Source: an uncultured Fibrobacterota bacterium
GTDB lineage: Bacteria; Fibrobacterota; Chitinivibrionia; Chitinivibrionales; FEN-1185
Assembly (NCBI GenBank): GCA_963729895.1
Contig: CAVSQB010000024.1
Location: forward strand, 1-62,658
Direction of reading: 5' to 3'
Length of the DNA: 62,658 nt
Of this stretch, positions 10,305 through 20,316 are shown piece by piece. Position numbers and translations under genes: made by a program. Within the stretch, counting starts at the first letter, position 1; each line of letters begins with the position of its first letter. The notes beneath the pieces were generated by a model. That model saw nothing but the letters and a program-made list of their open reading frames with translations. It had not been told where the DNA came from and made no database searches.

Positions 10305-10465
10305 AAGCATGCCCGCATCCTCTTGACTTCTCCGGCCGACCGACAGCCTTTCCACGTTATTTATAGACATTTGCAAGGCAAAAACTTATACTTTAGGGAC
10401 CGACGACCCCCACGGCGCCGCTTGTTTACAAGAGCGTTTTCAGCGCATCCTCGGTCGGGGACCTC

Positions 10466-11719
10466 ATGAAAGAAGCCGATCCCAAAAATAGTCGTTCGTC
10501 CGACAGCCGGGCATCGGCGAACCCTCTAGACAGGCAGATGGCGGAAGAGCTGGCCATTGCACGCAAAATCCAGACGGCAATGGTCCCGCAGCGCCTTCCT
10601 GCCGTGGACGGCATCGAACTTGCATCGCTGTACCTGCCGTCGGAACAACTGGGCGGGGATCTTTTTGATGTGATACAAATAAGCGAAGACATCCTCGCAG
10701 TGACCATTTTTGACGTAGCCAGCAGCGGCGTTCCGGCAGCGCTCCTCGCATCCCTTGCAAAAGTCTCGTTTGCAAATCACATCCGGCAGGTTTCGTCTCC
10801 GCGCGCGGTCATGGAGCGGGTGAATGAGGAAATGATCCGAAGCGTGTCGGCCGGCTATTACATCACCGCCCTGGTTGCGTTCCTCAACCTTCACGACAAC
10901 AAGCTCACCTATTGCAACGCGGCCCATCCTTATCCAATTATAGTACGGAGAGGATCAAGCCTGGTTGAGCCCATCAAATCGACGGGCGTGTGCATGGGTC
11001 TTTTTGAGAAGGGCCATTTTGAGGAAAAAAGCCTGTACCTCAATTGGGGCGATTGGCTGTTGTTCTTCACAGATGGACTCTACCGTCTGTTTCCCGGGGA
11101 GAATGAGCTTGCAAACCGCCGGCTCCTGGAGACCGAAGCGCTGGCTGCCTCGAAGCTCGGGTCGCTCAGCGACTATGTAAAACAGCTCGAACGCCGTCAC
11201 GGCTCTGTAGCTCCGAGCGGCAGTGCAGGCGACGACATCACGATCCTTGCCGTGGAATTCCTCGCCCAGTCCCGAAAGAACCTTCTCAAGGAGAAACTTG
11301 GGTTCGGGCAAAACGATCCCGTGTATCTCCAATTCATAAGCTACTTTGAAGAAATGGACAAGGCCACATCCACAATCCTCGGCGCCATGGATTCGCTCGG
11401 GTACGCGGATGAAAGCATCAGGAAGATGAAGATCATTCTCACGGAGCTGTTTGCCAACGCCATTTATCACGGCAACAAAGGCGACCATTCGAAGAAAGTG
11501 GTTGTGGGCCACACCATCGACAAACAGAAAGTGACCATATCCATAATGGACGAAGGCGACGGGTTCGATCCTTCCAAGGTTCCCGACCCCACCCTGCCCG
11601 AAAACCTCATCAAGGACTGCGGCCGGGGCATTTACATCGCGAGAAATTACGCGGACAGCCTGGCATTTAATGAAAAGGGAAACCGGGTCAGCATAACAAA
11701 ATACCATGCTACAAGATAG
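10466..11719 (+). CDS. SpoIIE/PP2C phosphatase fused to an RsbW-type HATPase_c kinase
   Basis: GGDLFD, FTDGL, DDITIL (PP2C); ELFANAIYHGN, DEGDGFDP, GRGIY (HATPase). Confidence 0.9.
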   Translation: MKEADPKNSRSSDSRASANPLDRQMAEELAIARKIQTAMVPQRLPAVDGIELASLYLPSEQLGGDLFDVIQISEDILAVTIFDVASSGVPAALLASLAKVSFANHIRQVSSPRAVMERVNEEMIRSVSAGYYITALVAFLNLHDNKLTYCNAAHPYPIIVRRGSSLVEPIKSTGVCMGLFEKGHFEEKSLYLNWGDWLLFFTDGLYRLFPGENELANRRLLETEALAASKLGSLSDYVKQLERRHGSVAPSGSAGDDITILAVEFLAQSRKNLLKEKLGFGQNDPVYLQFISYFEEMDKATSTILGAMDSLGYADESIRKMKIILTELFANAIYHGNKGDHSKKVVVGHTIDKQKVTISIMDEGDGFDPSKVPDPTLPENLIKDCGRGIYIARNYADSLAFNEKGNRVSITKYHATR

Positions 11720-12317
11720 CGGACCCATTCGCATCGGCGTGGCCGGATTCATGGGGGCGGGGAAATCTTCGTGCGCGGCGCTGTGCGCCCGGGCCCGCGG
11801 CATGCGGCTTGTGGATGCCGACGCTGAAGCAAAACTCCTGATGGAAAACGACGGCCGGATCAAAGACGCGCTCGTACTCGCGTTCGGAACCGGCATCGTA
11901 CACGGCGGCGTACTTAATTTTGCAGAACTCGGGAAGATTGCCTTTTCGTCAATCAGCGGGATGGAGAGGCTCAACCGCATCGTTCATCCTCCGCTGCTGC
12001 GCCGGCTGCGCGACCTTGTGATTTCTCCGGCTGGCCCCTGCATTCTCGACGCGGCGCTTATCCCGCTCTGGCGAATCGAGGACTGGTTCGATTGCTGCCT
12101 GTGGGTGAGGGCGCCGTCGGCGGTGCGAGAAAGCCGTGTGGCCGCAAGAACCGGCCTGCCGGTTGAACAGATCAGGGAGCGAATGCGGATACAGGAAACC
12201 CTTATGCCGGAGCCGGTGCTTGCACAATGGATTTTTGTCACGAATGACGGATCTCTTGAAGATCTTGCGGCGCGAGCCGGCCGCGGAATTTCCGACCGGA
12301 TCTCTCCACGTACGTAG
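11706..12317 (+). CDS. coaE: Dephospho-CoA kinase
   Basis: IGVAGFMGAGKS P-loop, VDAD, LNRIVHP. Confidence 0.9.
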   Translation: MLQDSGPIRIGVAGFMGAGKSSCAALCARARGMRLVDADAEAKLLMENDGRIKDALVLAFGTGIVHGGVLNFAELGKIAFSSISGMERLNRIVHPPLLRRLRDLVISPAGPCILDAALIPLWRIEDWFDCCLWVRAPSAVRESRVAARTGLPVEQIRERMRIQETLMPEPVLAQWIFVTNDGSLEDLAARAGRGISDRISPRT

Positions 12318-12554
12318 GTATGTCTCAGCCGGGCCCTAAGTCGCTGCGAGCGCATCAAAATCTATCGTCTTGGAGATCGTACACATTGCGCCGGCGCGCA
12401 TCGCCCCGACGGTTATTTCGGACAAAGAATTCCCGAATCCATGCCGCGCGCGCGCGGCAAGAATACATTTTTCAAGAGAATCCTCGAATGCCTCGGGCTC
12501 ATGCTCTGAGGATCTTCTTTTGAGTTTCACCGAAGAACAGGCGCCATACCGGCC

Positions 12555-13931
12555 ATGCTGAAGGAACATCCATCATTTGTCAAGCAGATGATCGCCGTGG
12601 TCGACTGCATGCTGATCGTTGCCGCATTTGCCTTGTCGCATACCATTGTCGCGCAGTTCAAGCCGCTGTCCGCTGCGTTCAATTACTGGATCATGCTCAT
12701 CGGGTTCATTGCCTTTTACCTGTATTTCGCCTGGACCCGGGAGCTTTTTTCCGTACTCCAGTTCAACTGGATGAGCCGCCTGTTCTGGCGCATCGTCATG
12801 ATATTCCTGAGCGCCGGCGTCCTGGGCGCGTCGATCTTGTATGTGATCCCCGATTCCTTTAACAGCAGAACCTTGTATCTCTTTTTTGCCGGCTTTTCCT
12901 TCGTCTTTATCGCAACAGAAAAGCTTCTGCTCAGAGAATTCTTCTCCCAACTCAGGCGCAGAAACCGCAACATTTCGCCCATCATTCTATTCGGAAGGGG
13001 CAGGCTGGCGGCACAGATGTACCAAGAGATCCTTGCGCGTCCGGAATGGGGCTTTCGCGTAACAAAGATACTCGACCTGAAAACAACGTCGGCACAGCTC
13101 GAGGAAATCCTCAAGAAGAACCATGTCGAGGAAGTGTTCTTCTGCCTGCCGAGGCAGGCAACGAAGAACGGATTCATTATCGATCCGTATCTCCAGATAT
13201 GCGAAGATATGGGCAGGCCTGCCCGCGTATTTCTCAACCTGCTCGACTCCACACGCTTTGCAAGCTGGAATTACCACAAATTTATGGAACACCCGACGCT
13301 CATCTCCCACACGGTGGAGCTCGATCCCGACCAGGTCTTGTTTAAACGCATTTTCGACATTGCCGGCGCGTGCGCGGGACTGCTCCTGCTCTGCCTGGTT
13401 TTTCCGTTCCTCGCCGTGGCCATCAAGGCGTCCTCGGCCGGACCCGTTTTCTTTACGCAAGTACGTGTTGGGCGTAACGGCAAGCGCTTTCTCATTTATA
13501 AGTTCAGGTCCATGGCTCAAGGCGCCGAAGAGCAGAAACGCCTTTTGCTGCACAAAAATGAACTTCAGGGAGCGGTGTTCAAGATCCGGGACGATCCCCG
13601 CGTCACGAGAGTGGGACGGTTTATGCGCATGCTCTCTCTCGACGAGTTTCCCCAGTTCTTTAACGTGCTCAAGGGCGATATGTCGCTTGTTGGAACGCGA
13701 CCGCCCACTCCCGACGAGGTGAGCAGCTATCAGAAGTGGCATTACCGGAGAATGAGTATACGCCCGGGCATTACCGGCCTGTGGCAGGTGAGCGGCCGCA
13801 ACCGGATACAGAACTTCAATGAAATCGTAAGGCTCGACCTCACCTACATCGACTCGTGGAGCATTTGGCTTGACATAAAGATATTGTTCAAGACGGTGTT
13901 CGTCATTTTTCAGAGGGACGCGGCGTATTAA
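12555..13931 (+). CDS. Polyprenyl glycosylphosphotransferase (priming sugar transferase, WcaJ/CpsE family)
   Basis: N-terminal TM helices; KRIFDI, YKFRSM, DPRVTRVG, SLDEFPQ, PGITGLWQV, DLTYI. Confidence 0.95.
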   Translation: MLKEHPSFVKQMIAVVDCMLIVAAFALSHTIVAQFKPLSAAFNYWIMLIGFIAFYLYFAWTRELFSVLQFNWMSRLFWRIVMIFLSAGVLGASILYVIPDSFNSRTLYLFFAGFSFVFIATEKLLLREFFSQLRRRNRNISPIILFGRGRLAAQMYQEILARPEWGFRVTKILDLKTTSAQLEEILKKNHVEEVFFCLPRQATKNGFIIDPYLQICEDMGRPARVFLNLLDSTRFASWNYHKFMEHPTLISHTVELDPDQVLFKRIFDIAGACAGLLLLCLVFPFLAVAIKASSAGPVFFTQVRVGRNGKRFLIYKFRSMAQGAEEQKRLLLHKNELQGAVFKIRDDPRVTRVGRFMRMLSLDEFPQFFNVLKGDMSLVGTRPPTPDEVSSYQKWHYRRMSIRPGITGLWQVSGRNRIQNFNEIVRLDLTYIDSWSIWLDIKILFKTVFVIFQRDAAY

Positions 13932-13981
13932 GTAACTTGTTTTTGAGAGACGAGCATGACTCATGAGTTGACAGAAGGTCT

Positions 13982-14135
13982 GGGCGTTCCCCTCGCCCGC
14001 GTTAAAGCGCGGCCTTGGGTCGGCCCTCCTTCCGGGCTCGGCCGGATGGCCTCGGTGCCACCAGCCACCAAGGCCCCGCGGGCCGTGGTCGGGCGGCACT
14101 GCGCTCTTGCGCACCACTTCAGTCCGGCCTAACGC
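13982..14135. repeat. Highly structured GC-rich intergenic element (MITE/REP-like or ncRNA)
   Basis: Closing stem GCGTT...AACGC with nested hairpins CCGCG/CGCGG, CCGGGCT/AGTCCGG, GTGCC/GGCAC and TGCGC/GCGCA. Confidence 0.55.
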
Positions 14136-14204
14136 TTGCAAACGACCGGAGCTGCATGACAGCATCAAAAGCCTCTGGCTTCCAGGTCCGCCAATACGAA
14201 AGGA

Positions 14205-15767
14205 TTGACAAATTTGACAAACAGAAAGATGGCCGCTCGCGGGCTAGTTGGTTCTTGGTACATCGCCGCGGTCGTGGGCATTTCCCTTTTTGCTCCGCCT
14301 GCCTTTCCCGTCCAGCTTGAAAACTGGCGATTCCCCTATTACAACCTTGCAAGCCGCCTCGGATACTATGCTCCGTCGCCCAGCGGCATGTTCTGGGACG
14401 ATCTCGGGCCGATGCCGGATTCCGTCCGGTTTCTTGATAATAGCGTATGGCCCGATAGCGGGCATACCGTGCAAAACCATTGGATCCTGGAGCCCGCCGT
14501 CTCCGGCACAATTGGAAACACGAATGCGTATTTCGGCCGGAACAACGCACTCGATGCCACATTGCTCAACGACATCCGCTACAAGGGATTTCTCACCCGG
14601 CAGGTCATCGACATTGATTCACGGTTCATGGACGATCCGCAGTATCCGTGGCTAAAGGGCCGCGGCGTGGCAGGCCGCGTTTCCGAAGCGTACCTCCAGT
14701 ATGGCTTCAAATACGGCTTCGTACGCCTTGGCAGGCTCGACAGAAACTGGGGCCCGTTTGCGGACAGGAGCCTTATTCTGTCCGACAATCCTTACAGCTA
14801 CGACGGGGTCGAATTCGGGCTTCATTCATCGTTTTTCGAGTTCCGCCATTTTTTCGCCGCTTTCCCGGAAAACGGAATGTACCTGGACCTCGATACCACG
14901 GGCGCAAATAGGTATCTTACCGCTCACTCCCTCGATTTCATGCTTGGGCGGTTCGGTACCGTGGGCATCACCGAAACCGTGGTGTTCGGCAGGAAAAGCG
15001 GCATTCCAGACTTACAGTATGTCAATCCTGTGTCCGTCTATTTCGCCACGAGATGCAACGGCGAAGGCGATGGCAACCTCATGGAGGCGTTTCAGTGGAA
15101 CCTGCATCCGTTTACCGACAAGGTTTCCATCAAGGGCCAGCTCCTCATCGACGACATGCAGATTGACAACAAGACAATTGGGGACCGGAAACCAAATGCC
15201 TGGGGAACAGATCTCGGTGCGTTCTGGAACGATTTTCTTCCCTTTTCACTTCCCCACGTATTGTCTCTTGAATACCGGTTCATATCGCGCTGGGTGTATA
15301 CGGTGTCTGATGATAACACGGCCGCCGGCCAGCGCTACACCTACCTTGGAAAAAGTCTTGGTTATCCGACGGATGACGGCGATAGTATCAACCTGTGTTT
15401 CGCCTTATCGGGCAAGAAATTCTGGGCGGGCCAGGCAGGCATGAGCTACAAACGCCAGGGCCAGGGAACTGTTCTGTCTCTGTGGCATGACGACAGCCTA
15501 GCGCAAGCAGACCCAACAAAATATGTAAGGAATGCGCTGGGATATCGGATAGAACCTTCCATCCCTTCGGGCATCGTGGAAAGGACGTTCGATTTCTACA
15601 TCAATCTCATCGGCTATTATAAGAATTTTGTGGACCTCCAGGCCACGCTCCACAACAGGTGGGTAAGTAACAAGGGAAATGTGGTTTCCCCCCTCGCCTA
15701 CGATCCGCAGATTTCCGTTTCCCTCGGCCTGCATTACAGTGACTTTTTTGTCAAGCTGCCCAAGTGA
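14205..15767 (+). CDS. Capsule assembly Wzi-like outer-membrane beta-barrel protein
   Basis: Signal-like N-terminus; GRLDRNWGP, SLILSDN, GITETVVFG, LLIDD and SLGYP motifs typical of the family; start codon uncertain. Confidence 0.6.
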   Translation: MTNLTNRKMAARGLVGSWYIAAVVGISLFAPPAFPVQLENWRFPYYNLASRLGYYAPSPSGMFWDDLGPMPDSVRFLDNSVWPDSGHTVQNHWILEPAVSGTIGNTNAYFGRNNALDATLLNDIRYKGFLTRQVIDIDSRFMDDPQYPWLKGRGVAGRVSEAYLQYGFKYGFVRLGRLDRNWGPFADRSLILSDNPYSYDGVEFGLHSSFFEFRHFFAAFPENGMYLDLDTTGANRYLTAHSLDFMLGRFGTVGITETVVFGRKSGIPDLQYVNPVSVYFATRCNGEGDGNLMEAFQWNLHPFTDKVSIKGQLLIDDMQIDNKTIGDRKPNAWGTDLGAFWNDFLPFSLPHVLSLEYRFISRWVYTVSDDNTAAGQRYTYLGKSLGYPTDDGDSINLCFALSGKKFWAGQAGMSYKRQGQGTVLSLWHDDSLAQADPTKYVRNALGYRIEPSIPSGIVERTFDFYINLIGYYKNFVDLQATLHNRWVSNKGNVVSPLAYDPQISVSLGLHYSDFFVKLPK

Positions 15768-16525
15768 TGAAGAAGAAGATCCGCCATCACCGGACCAGAC
15801 CGGACCGGGTGAAAAGAACAGGTCCGGCCGTTCCGCCTGCCGCGAAAATCGTTGAAGACGAAATCGTATCCATTCTCACGCGCCTGGTGACACGGCCGCA
15901 TCCGTCATGTCTTGACAAAGAGTTCAGAAGCGGCTATTCGAGGGTTCTCGATCTCTTCGCCACGTACCAAGAGAACGTGCTTGCAGCGTATCCCCTTGCC
16001 GCGAGCTGTAAAAAGGGGTGCGGCATCTGCTGCAATCACTGGCCGGAGGACACCTATTCATTCGAGGTAGAGATCATCGCCGATCACCTCCGAACGCATC
16101 GGCCGCGCGAAATTGACAGGATAGTGGAACTGCTGAAGGTCGACGTCCGGTGTCTGCAGAACATCAAACGTACGGTGGAGGCGAGGTTTAAGGGCCAGGC
16201 CGAACGCGAAGCTCTTGCAGGCATCGACCTCTACGATGTTGCACTGTCGAGCTTCTACCAGTTCAACAGGCCGTGCCCGCTCCTTGACAAGAACGGATCG
16301 TGCACGATTTACGCCATCAGGCCCTTCACCTGTAGGGTGTATGTCAGCTTTTCCTCGCCCTATTTATGCGGGCCCGAATGCATCCTCGGCGAAAAAGCAA
16401 TGACCTATCTGCTCGATCTGGAAAAAGACGCCAGCGAACTGTTCGACAGGCTGCATTTTGCGTACGATGTATTTGACGGGGACACATCCTTGAGGTCGAT
16501 GCTGTGCAAGGCGTTGACACATTAG
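15764..16525 (+). CDS. YkgJ-family cysteine cluster (putative Fe-S/Zn) protein
   Basis: CKKGCGICC ... CPLL...CTIYAIRPFTCR. Confidence 0.85.
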   Translation: MMKKKIRHHRTRPDRVKRTGPAVPPAAKIVEDEIVSILTRLVTRPHPSCLDKEFRSGYSRVLDLFATYQENVLAAYPLAASCKKGCGICCNHWPEDTYSFEVEIIADHLRTHRPREIDRIVELLKVDVRCLQNIKRTVEARFKGQAEREALAGIDLYDVALSSFYQFNRPCPLLDKNGSCTIYAIRPFTCRVYVSFSSPYLCGPECILGEKAMTYLLDLEKDASELFDRLHFAYDVFDGDTSLRSMLCKALTH

Positions 16526-16716
16526 AAATACCCAAATCCTTAAGAGAAGATCCGGGTGCCAAGCGTCAATGTAGGGTTCTGGGCCAATAACGTCGGGTTG
16601 ACCAACAAGCATTCGAAAAATATCATGCAAATCAATGGGGACACTTTACTCTCCAAACAAAATACTTTCACCAATCTCCGTCTATAAATGTATTTTTTGT
16701 CTCTGTACGGAGGTCA

Positions 16717-17883
16717 ATTACGGATAAAGTCATCTACTTCGACAATAACGCCACCACCGCCGTTGCCCCCGAAGTCCTCGATGTCATGCTGCCGTTCCTC
16801 AAGGACCGCTACGGGAATCCGTCGAGCATGCACCGGTTTGGCGGCCTCGTGCGAAGGCATATAGACGTCGCGCGTGAGCAGGTTGCCTCGCTCCTCGGCG
16901 CCCGTCCCGGCGAAATTTACTTCACGAGCTGCGGATCCGAAAGCGACAGTATGGCTGTTGTCGGCTTTACAAAGACGCACAAGGCCCGGAGCCGGATCGT
17001 TACGTCTACCGTGGAGCATCCTGCAGTGCGCACCCTGTGTCATGGGCTCAAGGCCGAGGGCTTCGACGTCATCGAGATCGGCGTATTCGGCAGCGGACTT
17101 CTCCAGAGAGACCAACTCGGCTCGCTCGCGCTTGATGCCGATTCTCTTCTCACCTTCATGTGGGCGAACAACGAAACCGGTGTCCTGTTTCCCGTTGAAG
17201 AGCTGGCTGCATTCGCGCATGAAAAAGGCGGGGTTTTTCACACTGACGCAGTCCAGGCCGTTGGAAAGATCCCCGTCAATATGGCGAACAACGCGATCGA
17301 CATGCTGTCGCTGTCCGGCCACAAGCTGCACGCGCCAAAGGGTGTGGGCGCGCTGTATGTGCGCGCAGGGACAAAGGTGGCGCCCTTTCTTGTGGGCGGG
17401 CACCAGGAGCGAGGCATGCGCGCCGGGACCGAAAATGTCGCTTCAATCGTCGGGCTGGGGAAGGCCTGCGAGCTCGCGCAGGCGAACTTGACAGACGAGA
17501 ACACTCGCGTGAAGCGGCTGCGCGACAGGCTCGAAGCGGGGCTTCTTGCAACCTGCACGGCCGCGCATCTCAACGGCGACAAAACCCTTCGGCTGCCCAA
17601 TACCACCAACGTCAGCTTCGAGTTCATCGAGGGTGAAGGCATCCTGCTGCTCCTTGACGAAAAAGGCATCGCGGCATCGTCTGGCTCGGCCTGCACCAGC
17701 GGTTCCCTTGAGCCCTCGCACGTCATGATGGCCATGGGCGTGCCCTACACCCTTGCGCACAGTTCGGTACGGTTCAGCCTGAGCCGCTACACCACCGACG
17801 CCGACGTCAACGCAGTTCTTTCGTGCATGCCCGCAATTGTGGACAGGCTTCGCGCGCTGTCGCCGTATGTAAAGGGATCCTAG
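16717..17883 (+). CDS. nifS: Cysteine desulfurase NifS, non-canonical start (ATT 16717 or ACG 16720)
   Basis: IYFDNNATT lies upstream of the first ATG; YGNPSS, HTDAVQ, SGHKLH, SSGSACTSG; SD GGAGG at 16709. Confidence 0.93.
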   Translation: MTDKVIYFDNNATTAVAPEVLDVMLPFLKDRYGNPSSMHRFGGLVRRHIDVAREQVASLLGARPGEIYFTSCGSESDSMAVVGFTKTHKARSRIVTSTVEHPAVRTLCHGLKAEGFDVIEIGVFGSGLLQRDQLGSLALDADSLLTFMWANNETGVLFPVEELAAFAHEKGGVFHTDAVQAVGKIPVNMANNAIDMLSLSGHKLHAPKGVGALYVRAGTKVAPFLVGGHQERGMRAGTENVASIVGLGKACELAQANLTDENTRVKRLRDRLEAGLLATCTAAHLNGDKTLRLPNTTNVSFEFIEGEGILLLLDEKGIAASSGSACTSGSLEPSHVMMAMGVPYTLAHSSVRFSLSRYTTDADVNAVLSCMPAIVDRLRALSPYVKGS

Positions 17884-17898
17884 GAGCACCCACCCCGA

Positions 17899-18810
17899 AT
17901 GCCGTCACTGGTTGACACAATACAATCCCGCAAACTCGCGCACAACGCCGTCATTCTCGCGCACACCTATCAGCCGGCCCAGGTGCAGGACATCGCCGAT
18001 TTCGTCGGGGATTCCTACGGCCTGAGCGTCGAGGCGACCAGAACAAAGGCGGACGTCATTGTTTTCTGCGGGGTCATGTTCATGGCCGAAACCGCCGCGA
18101 TCCTCAATCCGGACAAGCGCGTGATCATTCCGGAGCCCGCGGCGGGATGTCCCATGGCAGACATGATTACCACTCCCGAGCTCCTTGAGCTGAAGGAGCT
18201 CCACCCGGACCACCTTGTTATCTGCTATGTCAATTCAACGGCTGACATAAAGGCGCTGTCCGACATCTGCTGCACCAGCTCAAATGCGCTCAAGATCGTT
18301 TCGCAGCTTCCGGGAGAACAGGGCATCATCTTCGTGCCCGACAAGCACCTCGGCGGGTGGGTGCAGGAGAAAACCGGGAGATCCATGGTTTTGTGGGACG
18401 GGTTCTGCCCAACCCATGTTCGGATTCAGCCGGACATGATCCGGCGCGCGAAAGCCGCCCATCCCGCGGCCGCCGTTCTCATCCATCCCGAAGCGCCAAA
18501 GGCGTCCCGCGACTGCGCCGATTACGTGTTTTCCACCGGCGGGATGTGCGCCTTTGTCAAGAATGATCCCGGCGATGAATTCATTATTGCAACGGAAACG
18601 GGCATCATCCATACGCTCCTCAAGCAGAACCCGTCAAAACGCTTCTATCCGGTTACCGAAGACGCCTTGTGCCCCAACATGAAGAAAACGTCCGTCGAAC
18701 TTGTCGCAGATGCGCTTGAAGGGACTGCCGGAGAAGTGGTAACCGTGCCGGACGACATCGCCCAAAAGGCGAGAAAGAGCCTTACCAGGATGCTGAAAAT
18801 GAGCGCGTAG
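17899..18810 (+). CDS. nadA: Quinolinate synthase
   Basis: ILAHTYQ, GDSYGL, FCGVMFMAE, AGCPMAD, CPTH and CPNMK Fe-S ligand motifs. Confidence 0.96.
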   Translation: MPSLVDTIQSRKLAHNAVILAHTYQPAQVQDIADFVGDSYGLSVEATRTKADVIVFCGVMFMAETAAILNPDKRVIIPEPAAGCPMADMITTPELLELKELHPDHLVICYVNSTADIKALSDICCTSSNALKIVSQLPGEQGIIFVPDKHLGGWVQEKTGRSMVLWDGFCPTHVRIQPDMIRRAKAAHPAAAVLIHPEAPKASRDCADYVFSTGGMCAFVKNDPGDEFIIATETGIIHTLLKQNPSKRFYPVTEDALCPNMKKTSVELVADALEGTAGEVVTVPDDIAQKARKSLTRMLKMSA

Positions 18811-18918
18811 GGGCCCGGACTTCGCATGACGTTCGATATTCTCTTTTTATCAAATGATTGCCGCCGGCACGGATAATCTATTTTGTTATTCTTCTTGAAA
18901 CCATCCTCTGGAGGAACC

Positions 18919-19620
18919 ATGAACCGCTGTATGAGCATTGTCCTGGTCCTGATTGCGGCCTGTGTTGCGCAGCAGTCTTCCATCGACCTTGAAACGTACA
19001 AGAAATCCAAAAAATATTCGTTTACCGAGCGCACCTACACCGTGGGCAAGCACACCTACCGTGTTGCAAACATACGTCCCCTCGGCCCCTCCGACACCAA
19101 CTGTATCTCTGCGGTTGTACTCGACAAAAGGAAATACGTTTTATTCGATATCGAGGTGGCGGCAGGCCCCTTCGGCATGATCGTTCCTGCGGTCCAGCCC
19201 ATTTCGGGCGGTCTTGTTATCCTGCGGGCCTCGCCCTACGACGGCAAGCTGTTTCTTCTTCTGTCAAGCGGCAAGGTGGTGACCCTTCCCGGAGCCATGG
19301 TAATCGCCGATACCGCCGGTTCGTGCGTGTATTGCGTCTGGGAAAACGACAAGACCTTCAGGCTCACCGTGTTCGACTACAAGAACCTGAGGCTCGTGTT
19401 CAAGACCACAGAAATCGCCGAACCAAGACAGTGGTTTACCGACGGCTTCTCGTACGGTTTTGCGGCTCCGGACGGTGCATACTATACGGTTGACTTCATG
19501 TCGAAGACGATCACCAAAGGAGAAAAACCTTCGGCGGGGCTTACGCCGGTATCGTATATCGCGGATCTCGACAAAATTGACCGGACAAAGTGCTGCGGGC
19601 CGGAGGTCATGAAGAAATAG
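18919..19620 (+). CDS. Hypothetical exported protein
   Basis: SD GGAGG; signal peptide MNRCMSIVLVLIAACVA; host-like codon usage. Confidence 0.75.
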   Translation: MNRCMSIVLVLIAACVAQQSSIDLETYKKSKKYSFTERTYTVGKHTYRVANIRPLGPSDTNCISAVVLDKRKYVLFDIEVAAGPFGMIVPAVQPISGGLVILRASPYDGKLFLLLSSGKVVTLPGAMVIADTAGSCVYCVWENDKTFRLTVFDYKNLRLVFKTTEIAEPRQWFTDGFSYGFAAPDGAYYTVDFMSKTITKGEKPSAGLTPVSYIADLDKIDRTKCCGPEVMKK

Positions 19621-20281
19621 ACGCGCCGGGTCCGGGGTCTGCGGCCAGTTGTCTCCCGGCAAACTCTTTGTAAACCTTCATGATGTTCTGTACGACTTTT
19701 TCCGGTTCGGCAGATTGGGTGAGCGGCCTCACCATGCAGAAATTCCTTGCCCCGGCTTCAAGCACCATCGGCAGATTCTCCATAGTGATCCCGCCGATCG
19801 CCACGGCCGGCACCGCAGCCTGCCCGATCATTTCCTTCATTCCTTCGATCCCGATCACCGGATCAGGGTTCTTTTTCGTCGGCGTGGGAAACACCGGCCC
19901 CACACCAACGTAATCGGGCTTAAACGCGCACGCATTTTTCATCTGTTGCGCCGAATGCGTTGACAACCCGACAACCGCGCCTTCTCCCACGATCCTTCGC
20001 GCCTCGCCATACGGCATATCGTCTTGCCCGAGGTGCACGCCGTCCGCCTCCACCGTGTGCGCGACATGCGGATCGTCGTTGATGATGAGCCGTGTCGTCG
20101 TACCGCGAGTGATCGCCCGCATCATTCGCGCCGTTTCCAGCACGGATTCAGGCGGTGCGGCTTTCATCCGAAGCTGGACAAACGCAATTTCATGGTCGAC
20201 AAGCACTTTCGTGCAATACTCGTAGCCGCGCACCGGATCGGTGAGGATGGCGTAGAATCCGAAGAATTGGGGGATGTCCAT
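19607..20281 (-). CDS. thiE: Thiamine-phosphate synthase
   Basis: VQLRMK, IINDD, DGVHLGQDD, GLSTH, GPVFPTPTK, AIGGI. Confidence 0.96.
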   Translation of the reverse strand: MDIPQFFGFYAILTDPVRGYEYCTKVLVDHEIAFVQLRMKAAPPESVLETARMMRAITRGTTTRLIINDDPHVAHTVEADGVHLGQDDMPYGEARRIVGEGAVVGLSTHSAQQMKNACAFKPDYVGVGPVFPTPTKKNPDPVIGIEGMKEMIGQAAVPAVAIGGITMENLPMVLEAGARNFCMVRPLTQSAEPEKVVQNIMKVYKEFAGRQLAADPGPGASISS

Positions 20282-20316
20282 GAAAGGATCTCTGTTAATT
20301 AGTCGTATTAGTCAAC

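Noticed and set aside
14020..14045. SRP RNA-like CCGGAAGGA on the minus strand
   Set aside because: Lacks the conserved CAGG...AGCAG internal loop and the long SRP hairpin.
16717..18810. nifS-nadA adjacency as a novel system
   Set aside because: Linkage of a cysteine desulfurase to Fe-S-dependent NadA is already known, for example in Bacillus subtilis.
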